The notes under the pieces: model-generated
The model's database searches: none
Told to the model about the DNA's origin: nothing
The model's input: the letters and a program-made list of their open reading frames with translations, nothing else
Made by a program: the position numbers and the translations under genes
Shown here: positions 23,801 to 32,571 of the stretch, piece by piece
Numbering within the stretch: the stretch's first letter is position 1
Layout: each line of letters opens with the position of its first letter
NCBI GenBank assembly: GCA_000388065.2
Contig: KB932206.1
Length of the DNA stretch: 34,669 bases
Reading direction: 5' to 3' (one strand)
Source of the DNA: Fonticula alba ATCC 38817
Lineage: Eukaryota; Protista; Nucleariida

Positions 23801-26800
23801 CTTGCAGGAAGCGCCAGCGCGCGGCGCGGGTGCTCTGGCCGCCGGCGGTGCGTGCGGCCGACAGGCTGTCAGGCCGGACACCAGCCGGGCTGGTGGGCAC
23901 GCACGACCCATGGCGCGGATGCTTGGGCAGCCACGCGCCGTGTGGCCGGCCGAGCGAGCAGTGCAGGCCCTGTTTGAGGCGACAGGCTCACATGCGGAGG
24001 AGGCCACGCATGGGTGGCCATGCTTCCGGAGGCCGGCGAGGCATGTCCGGCTGGGCACGAAGAGGCCGGCCGGGCGGAAGGCCGAGCAGGCGCCGTTGTG
24101 CAGGAGGCATGTCGACGCGCCGGCCATACAGCCGAGGCAACGGGGCGAACGGGACAAGCAGGCACCGGCCCTCAGGGGATGTGGCGAGAGGAGCAGGCGC
24201 CATAGCCGGTGAAGTGGTGCCAGTCCCAGGGGGAAACCCGTGCATCGGGTCCCCGACGGGAAGGGCAGGCACGACGCCGGTAGTGCCGTCAGTGCCTGGG
24301 GCCACCCCTGCCTGGGGGCGGGGTGTTGACGGTACTCCACGCGGGGAGTGTGGAAGGTGCTCCTGCTGAAGGCCGTCCCCATGTTGGGCGGGCAGCTGGG
24401 GCCGCCGTGCTCGTGGCAAGTGCTCCGGCAGGACCCCGGCCTAGCGGGCCGACTGGCCGATTGCGGTATGGCGTAGGCCCGCCGACCGGCGGCTTGGCAG
24501 CGGGGCATGCCACAATGCACGGCGAAGACCCATGCGCTGGGCGCTGCCGGTGGACATCAGGGCCCAAATCGAGGCGCTGGCCTCGGTCCGGCGCATGCTG
24601 GCCCCATCTGGCGGCTGCCAGGCATGAGGGCAGGGCTTCGAGGTTCTCGGCGAGGGCGGCCGCACCTGGGCCAACCGGCCCGGGGCGGGCACAAATGAGC
24701 GGGAAGCGGCCGACCGGTCTCCGGGTGGGGCTTCTTGGGCGTAGCAAAGCTGTGGGCGAGGTCAGCAAGGGAGACGAGGGGGGAGGGGGGATGTGGACAT
24801 GTGCCCATCGAGCAGGGTGGAGGCCGGGGAAACAGGTGGGCCGGGGGCGTGCTCGGGGGAGCGCACCATGGAAGTACCAACTTTCCCTCTTCCGGGCCGC
24901 GGAGGCAGGGGGCCTCAGGACGGGCCGGGCGGATGCAACATGGGTGGCAGGGCCGGCAGCATGGCGACACTCCCAGCATGAGATCCAGCAAGCCATCGGC
25001 GGGCGTCGGCCCGGGCAGTCCCCCGACGCAGGCTCTGCCCACTCTCCGAGCGAGCGGTCTGCTCGGAGCGGGGCCATTCCTCGGGGAGCCGGCCAGGACG
25101 CCCCTTTTGCGCGGGTCTGGTCCTTTGTCGGGGAATCCCGCACCAGCGGGCAGCCCGGCGGCCGCATTGGTTCCTCACGGCGGCGCCAAGCACCAGGGCG
25201 CGTGCCACGCCGGCGAGCATGCTTCCCGCACCGCCAGGTTGGCGGCGCATACCCAGGCCGAGGGGATTGGGCGCCCGGTGTGTGGGCTTCCTGTCAAGGT
25301 GCCCCCGAGCGAGCGTGCCGGTGTTGGCGCCCGGGCCGTGAATGAGAGCGATGTCCCATGGATGTTGCAGCGTCCACGGCAGTCGCCACACGGGAGGGTG
25401 CACGTTGGTGCTCCACAGAAGGCCGGTTCGGGAGCCCGGCGTCCGGGCGCGATGGTGCCGACGGGCGGCACGGCTGCTATCGAGAATGCCGTGGCATCCC
25501 CCGCCCGCCATGATGCCTTCCTGGGGTGCGACGCGGCCAGAGACCACCAGCAACCCGTGCCGCCGATGCCGCAGGGAAGTCCCTTTGGCCAGGCGCCGGG
25601 GCGCGGAGGGAGGGGCTGCCACGGACAGACAGGTCGCGGGCCCCCGGGCCCACTCACCACGACAGGGGAATGCCGGGGCCGTGCCGCCTCGCGCCGCGGG
25701 ACAGGCGTGCTCCTGGGGGGAGAGGACGCCGATCCGCACATCCGGGGCGGGGCCTCGTTGGCGCCATCGCCGCCAAGCAGGGGTCCAGGGAGGGGAGGGC
25801 ACCAAAAAGTGGCCGGTGGGGTGGGTGACATCGGCTAGCCGGCCTTGAGGCCAAAGGCGACCCCGGGGGCCTGGCCTGCAGCCACCGGGCGAGTCCCCGG
25901 ACTGGGGCTGCCCAAGTGCAAGGGCTCCGTCGGATGCTTTCACTCTGGTCGGCGTGTGTGCTGGGCAAAGCTGCAAGATTCAAAGGGGGGTCGAGGACGT
26001 GAGCCCCCACTTCGCACAGGCACCTGGCGGCATGTGCACGGACGGCGGAACGCCCTCCCCCGGAGGGATCGGCCCCGCCGCGGCCAGGAGCCACGGAGCT
26101 CCCCCCTCCATGGGCCGGGGGCGGGAGACAATGCAAATGGCATGACGGGCCGCGCCGGGGGAGCGGGGTGATTCAGATGCCCCCAAAGGCGGGGCACATA
26201 TGTGGGGCCCTCTACGAGCCCGGCCTGACCACCGGGGCCATGGGAGCCAGTTTGCGGAAGGCGCGACCGAGGGACGGTGCGATTGGACGCATGGGCGGGG
26301 GGGAGGAGGAGCTGGGAGAAAAAAAAGGGGACGAGGGCAAAGATGGAGCAAAGGGCGAGGGAAAGGGGGGGGGGGAGCTGGGCTGCCGGCACTGGGGTCT
26401 ACCAGAGCGGACTTGTCGGCTTTCATGGGTCGTGCCGCGCTCCGGCCGCGACACACACCCACCCGCGCGCGTGGGGCTGGGTGTGTCTCGGGGTGGCTTT
26501 GCGCTCTTCCATGGAGCACCAGGCAGAAGGGGCCACGCGTTCTTGGATTCCGCGATGTCTCCACACACGCGTGCTAGTGCAGCGATGCGTCGCCGCGCCG
26601 CCGCTCTGAAGAAGGAGACCCGGGCGCACTGCTGCGCTGGCAGCTCCAATGTGGTTGGTGCAACCCCGGATGTCGCCGGGCGATGCCGCGCCGCGGAGGG
26701 GGGGGGGGGGGCTCGACGGGGCGGTTTCGGGACCCGGCCCCTGGCGGAGGCCCGGCGGGTGCCGTGTCAGGGATATCCCCCGTCGCCGATGGTTGCCCGC

Positions 26801-27082
26801 CCTCCCCCCGGTGGGGATGGAATTGCTGGGTGGCGTGCGCGGGGAGGGCCGGGTTCAAGATGGCACCATGCTCGGGGAGGGGCCTGCCCATGCGAGGCCC
26901 CTCGTCCTTCCCCGTGTGTCTCGCGTGCCTGCGGCCTCGCTCCCCCTCTCTCTTTCGCTGGAGCGGGCCGCGAGCAGGGGCATGTTGGCGTGTTTGCGTG
27001 CATGGCGGGTGGCTCTGCAAGGGGGGGGGTTTATTTTTGGCCGAACGCCGCACAGGCGCGGGGGGGGGGGGGGGGGGGGGCC

Positions 27083-28279
27083 TCATCCAGGCGGGGCCAC
27101 AGCCAGGGAGGCGGACCGGGATCGCCCGAGGGAAGGGTCGGAGGTTGGAGGCGTGGCGGAGGGGGCCATGTCCGACGAGGCGTCGAGGTCGCCGCAGGCA
27201 CGACGGGCAGCGCGTGCGCCGACGCGCCGGCGGGAGAGTCCGCCAGTTCGGCAGCGCTCGTCGGTCCCCGCCAGCGAGGAGCAATCCAGGAAGCAGGCAG
27301 CCGGGGCCACGTCCAGGACCACGGCCCCGGGGGAGGTGGGGGGCAGAAGCTCGGCCAGCGGTCCGTGGCCGAGGAACTCCGGCTGGACGGTGACCGAATG
27401 GACGCCACGCTGGTGGAAGGCCGCGTGGATCTTGGGCCCGGCGTCGGTGTACGCGTCGAGGGAGGCCACGCCGACGTGGGCCGAGCTGACAACGCGCTCG
27501 CTGGTGAGCTGCCACACGTGGAGCTCGTGGATGGCACGCACGCCGGGAATCTGCGCATGGGGCGGGGTCAGTCGGAGAGCGGGGCCGGGGCAGGGGGGCG
27601 GCGGCGGGGGGAGGCTGGCCGGGTGCCATGGGGGCGGAAGTGCAGGCGAGGCGCACGCTCAGGATATCGTCCCGCAGGCCGGCCACGTCCAGGCGCTTGG
27701 GTGTGTCGAGGAGCAGGATCTCGGCCGTGCTGCGAACCAGGGGGATGGAGTGTGTGGCCAGGATCAGGGCAATCAGGAGACTGTGAAGCAGGGTGCCGGG
27801 GGCTTGTCAGTGGACGGCCGGGGATATGGCGGCCGGGCGGCAGTATGCGTCCCGGGCGGTGGCGGCGGTGGCGGCGGCGCACCTGAGGGCCGGGTCCACG
27901 TAGATGGCATACGGCCAGTTGGTGTAGGAGATGATGAGGGCACTGATGACGACGGCCACCGAGCCGAGGGCGTCGCCGAGAATGTGCAAGAAGACACCGC
28001 GAATGTTCAGGTCCCCGCCGTGGCCGTGGCTGTGGCCGTGATCGTGCTGCTGCTGCTGTTGCTGCTGCTGCTCGTGAAGGTCGGCATGGAGGTCGTCGTC
28101 CTCGGTCTCCGGGGCGGTGGACGAGGGGAGCGTGAGCTCCAGGAGGGGGGTATCGGCGGGGGATCCGTGCGAGTGCGAGTGCGAGTGGCCGTGGCCTCCG
28201 TCGCCGACCACAAACAGGCCGATGACATTGACCGCGAGGCCGATGGCGCCGGTAATGAGCAGTAGCTGGGGGTTCTCGA

Positions 28280-28353
<74 letters not shown>

Positions 28354-29262
28354 GATGCGTGTGCGTGTGCGTGTGCGGGTGTGTGTACGTATTCATGTAC
28401 GTATGCATGTACGTATGCGTGTACGTATGCATGTATGTATGCATGTATGTATGCGTGTACGTATGCGTGTACGTATGCGTGTACGTATGCGTGTACGTAT
28501 GCGTGTACGTATGCATGTACGTGTACATACGCGTACACCGATGCACATGTGCACGTTTGTCCAAATAGATGGGGCAGTGCACGCGAGGATGTGCGTCCGC
28601 GTGGGCGTGTGACGATGGGTCAGTGTTAGGGGCGCGCTTCGGTTGACATGCCCTGCAAGAAGCCGGGCAGGAGCCCCGGAATGGCACGAGCATGCCGCGG
28701 CCCATGCCGCCGTTGCCGCGGCCGGCGCACCTTCAGGCTTGAAAAGGCGCTCGACAGCGCTCATGACAATGGACAGGCACAGGGCCAGCACGAACACCCC
28801 GTTGACCAGGGCGCCGAGCACCTCGATGCGCTTGGCGCGGTATCCGCCGGAGGAGGTGTCACGCTTGCCGATCTGGCGGCCGAGGGGGGTCAGCATGCAT
28901 TGTCCTGCCCGGAAGGGGAGGGGGGCCGGCAGGAGGGGCGGGGGAGGGGCGGGAGGATGCATGCGCACCTGGATGGCGGCGATGCCGATGACCAGTCCCA
29001 GCATGTCGGACAGGACGTGGAACGCGTCGGCCATCAGGGCATTCGAGCGGGTGATGGACCCGACTATCACCTCGGCCAGGAAGATGACCGACGACGGGCC
29101 GAGGGTCAGGCCCAGGCGCATGGTGCGCCACTTCCACCACGGCTTCTTACGCCTGGCGAGGGGGCCGGGCGAGAGTGACGGCGATGGCGACGGCGAGTCT
29201 GGGCCGAGCACACCATCGGCGAGGTCGGATAACCGGTGTTCCGGGGTCAAAGGTGAGGGCAT
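27083..29262 (-). CDS. Cation diffusion facilitator, ZnT1/SLC30A1-Zrc1/Cot1-type zinc transporter, ~475 aa; exons 29262-28969, 28872-28731, 28282-27883, 27780-27657, 27550-27083
   Basis: ALMADAFHVLSD (TM2 HxxxD), RIEVLGALVNGVF, His-rich loop (GHGHSHSHSHG..HDHGHSHGHGG), LNIRGVFLHILGDALGS (TM5), DPALS, IHELHVWQL and HSVTVQPEF. The spliced frame is 1,428 nt. Confidence 0.92.
28285..28522. repeat. Compound satellite in transporter intron 2: (GT)33, a short GTGTGC-type stretch, then 11 copies of the 12-mer GTAYGTATGCRT (28385-28516)
   Basis: Read directly from the sequence; nearly uninterrupted purine-pyrimidine alternation. Confidence 0.95.

Positions 29263-29263
<1 letters not shown>

Positions 29264-29315
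<52 letters not shown>
29264..29315. repeat. (GT)n/(CA)n microsatellite immediately 5' of the zinc transporter ATG
   Basis: On the minus strand it reads (CA)n-CCATG, with the start codon at 29262. Confidence 0.95.
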
Positions 29316-29316
<1 letters not shown>

Positions 29317-29403
29317 GAATGGGGCGGGGCTGCACGGTGGAATAGTGACTAGCAATCAGGAGGATGCTCACGGCCTGGTTGTCAAGGCGGCATGCCGGTT
29401 GCC

Positions 29404-29538
29404 TTTATAGTGTGAGCGGTGCCGGAGTGGAGAGGGGGCATGGCTGGCCGGCGCGGAGGGTGGCCGGCGGGTGGCCGGCACGGACAGTGAGCGGCAGGTG
29501 GCCGGCACGGACAGTGAGCGGCAGGTGGCCGGCACGGG
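29404..29538 (-). promoter_or_regulatory. Candidate zinc transporter promoter: TATAAA (29409-29404) plus a 27-bp tandem repeat and TGGCCGGC/GTGAGCGG motif array
   Basis: TATAAA lies ~140 bp upstream of the ATG. GGTGGCCGGCACGGACAGTGAGCGGCA occurs at 29470-29496 and 29497-29523, with a partial copy at 29524-29538. TGGCCGGC occurs 5 times and GTGAGCGG 3 times. Confidence 0.5.
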
Positions 29539-30253
29539 GGCGGCGAGCGGCTTGGCCCGGCACTGGATCTCGGGAGGCAGGACAATCATCGGAGGGGAGC
29601 CGACAACAGCGGGCACCCGGACCCCGATCCTCTGGCACACCGCGCCACCACCGGGCCGACATGACAGGAGGGGCGGAGTGGGTCTCCGGACGGGGATCTG
29701 AGGTTCTGTTCGCCTTGTGCGGTGTGTGTGCCGGAGGGGGGGGGGGGGGGGAATGGCCGCTCTGCCCAGAGGTGGAGGAGTGAAAATAGAACACCCACTC
29801 CCCAACAGGGGGCGGGTGTCCCCCCCCACCCTCCCCTCTCCCCCGATCGCCACGGGTGCCCAGCTTGGCCGATCGGGCGACGAGGCCCGCGCCCTGTGCG
29901 GCCCGCCCCCCAGGGCCGATGCCGCCGGGTCCCGGCCACCGCGCCCGCTGGGACCCGAGGCCGGCGGCGCGTCCCCCCCCCCCCCCACCCCGGGGCACGC
30001 CGGCCCCCGCTCGGCTGAACCACTGTGCACCACACTCCGGGGGGCAACAACAACAACAACAACAAACAACAGGAAACACCGCGCCGGATGGCGGGCGCGG
30101 GCGATTGTTGGGACGCCCCGATCGTGGGCACGTTGTCAGCCGGCGTGAAAGCCTGCGGACGTAAGCCCGCCCGGGGGACGCTTACAAAGCAGCCAGCCGG
30201 TCGCGCAGTGCACCCCCGGGTGGTGGTGCGAGCCGGCCCGAGCCGGGGCGGCT

Positions 30254-30289
<36 letters not shown>

Positions 30290-30932
30290 TGGACTCCAGT
30301 CCCCCCCCCCCCCCCCGGGACACACGGATTTCGGCCCCGGTTGACCCCGGCGCTCGCCGGGCTCCCGGGCACGTGGGGATGGCCACGCGCGCGGCGCATG
30401 CACGTGCGCGTCTCCGGGAGGGCGCCTAGTGCCGACGCATGGGCGTCTCTTCCGCCCGGCCGCACGGGGCGTCTCGTCAGCGGCACAGGCCGAGGCCGAC
30501 GCCGGGGGGGTGCGCGGACCCCGTGGTGGCAGGCGGCCTTCCCTTTCCTGGGCCCAGAGGGCCAGCAGGGAGGGCATGGGGGATGTGTGTGCTCGCAGGC
30601 ACACTGCCGCGATGTGCCCTCCCCCGGGGGCGAGTGCCTCAGCGGGTGCGCCTTGTGCAGGGATGGCGAGGTGTTTGGCCGGGAGGCGCGGGCGGGAAGG
30701 GGCCGGATGTCTCCCCCACCCATGGCCCCCGCGTCCGAGCCAACTCGCGGGGTGGCCACTTTCCGGAGGGTTGCCTATGCCTTCGTGCTTTGGACAGCTG
30801 GCGAACTCGCCGTCGTGTATTGGGGGGGGGGGGGGGGTCGCTCGCACAGCACAAGGGGGACCGGGCCGGGGCACCCCCCTCCACAGCCGCGCATCCATGG
30901 CCAGCGGTGGGTGCTCTTCCCCATGCATGCAT

Positions 30933-31541
30933 CTAGCGGGAGAACCGCCGGAAGAGCATGAAGAGGGCATGGATTGCCAGGCCCGCGAGGTTCGAGATGG
31001 GGGGCGGCAGGGCCGAAGAGAGGAAACAGTCCAAGAGAAAGCCCAAGATGACGGTCTGCCGAAGGGCAGAGCCACCACCGCGGCTGCTGATACGAGAGAA
31101 AAGCACGCGGATGGTGGCAGCCCCGAGATGGGACACGAGGTGCACCCTCCAGTTCCGGCCCCTCGGCGATGACGTCCCGTCGAAGGGGAACGCCGATGGT
31201 GACCGTCCCCGGGTGGGGCCCGTGAAAGCACTTTCCAGGCTGGGCGATGAGGAGGGCGACCGGCTGGCCTGGGCGGGCGGCCGAGCGGGCGAGCAGTCCA
31301 CCAGGACAGGGGAGGTCTCACTGACGGAGGAGGCGGCCTGATTGGCAGGCTGGTCGGCGCAGCCGGCACGGGTGTGGCCATCTGGCGTGCTTGGGCCTCG
31401 GTCAGGGACTCCAAGGTGGAGCAGCCGGAAGACCATGTCATCCGGCTCGGGGCTGTGACGTGGGTGTCCCCCCGAGGCAGGGGGGATGGTCTCCGTTTGG
31501 GAGCCCACGCTCGAGGAGGCGTATCTCGGGCGCGAGGACAT
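30933..31541 (-). CDS. Hypothetical 202-aa single-exon protein, Ser/Pro-rich with a hydrophobic C-terminal segment
   Basis: ATG at 31541 to TAG. C-terminus VILGFLLDCFLSSALPPPISNLAGLAIHALFMLFRRFSR. No recognisable homology, and long ORFs arise easily by chance at this GC content. Confidence 0.3.
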   Translation of the reverse strand: MSSRPRYASSSVGSQTETIPPASGGHPRHSPEPDDMVFRLLHLGVPDRGPSTPDGHTRAGCADQPANQAASSVSETSPVLVDCSPARPPAQASRSPSSSPSLESAFTGPTRGRSPSAFPFDGTSSPRGRNWRVHLVSHLGAATIRVLFSRISSRGGGSALRQTVILGFLLDCFLSSALPPPISNLAGLAIHALFMLFRRFSR

Positions 31542-32571
31542 GGGCGGGGGGCGGGTAGGTAGCGCGCGGAGGAGGTCAAAGGGGAGGACGAGTGTGGCAG
31601 GGAGGGGGGGAGGGGGGCATGGCCCGATGAATGGGGCGGCGCAGAGGGGGGCGGGCTCTTTTCTGCCCCACGCGTCCCACTTCCGCCGATCTCGCCGCCC
31701 CCACCCTGTGTGTGTGTGGGGGGGGGGTCTGCCCGCCGTGGCCAGGGGCCCCGAAGCTCGGCGCCTGTTGAGCATCTGAGAGGGCCAACCGGGCGCAGGC
31801 CCCCGGCTGTGACGCCATCATGGCCGCGGGCCTGACCAGCCGAGGCCCCCTCCCGCGGGGCCGCGATCTGCGAGAAAGTAGCGACTCCCCGAAAGGGGCA
31901 GGCGCGCGGAGGAGACCGAAGACCGGGGCACGCGGGGCCGCGGGATGCTTGCATGGCGGCGAACTCGGCCGGCCGGCCGGCCGGCCGGCCGGGGGCCCCC
32001 TGGGACGGCTGGCCCTTGCAGGGCGGAGGGCTTTCCGCGCAGGCGCCCATGCGTCTGGGCCGCCTGGTGTCTCGGCGGTGGGGGCATCTGCCGGGGCAGT
32101 TCCCCGCCCGGCGCCGGTCTCGGCTTCTGGGGGCTTCACCGGGGGGGNNNNNNNNNNNNNNNNNNNNNNNNNNNNNNNNNNNNNNNNNNNNNNNNNNNNN
32201 NNNNNNNNNNNNNNNNNNNNNNNNNNNNNNNNNNNNNNNNNNNNNNNNNNNNNNNNNNNNNNNNNNNNNNNNNNNNNNNNNNNNNNNNNNNNNNNNNNNN
32301 NNNNNNNNNNNNNNNNNNNNNNNNNNNNNNNNNNNNNNNNNNNNNNNNNNNNNNNNNNNNNNNNNNNNNNNNNNNNNNNNNNNNNNNNNNNNNNNNNNNN
32401 NNNNNNNNNNNNNNNNNNNNNNNNNNNNNNNNNNNNNNNNNNNNNNNNNNNNNNNNNNNNNNNNNNNNNNNNNNNNNNNNNNNNNNNNNNNNNNNNNNNN
32501 NNNNNNNNNNNNNNNNNNNNNNNNNNNNNNNNNNNNNNNNNNNNNNNNNNNNNNNNNNNNNNNNNNNNNNN

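Noticed and set aside
27807-28705. ORFs made of HTHT, YVHA, CVCV or MRVR repeats
   Set aside because: Translations of the intronic microsatellite and minisatellite.
30721-30825. Plus-strand peptide MAPASEPTRGVATFRRVAYAFVLWTAGELAVVYW, resembling a TM segment
   Set aside because: Short, runs into poly-G, and has no supportable splice structure or homology.
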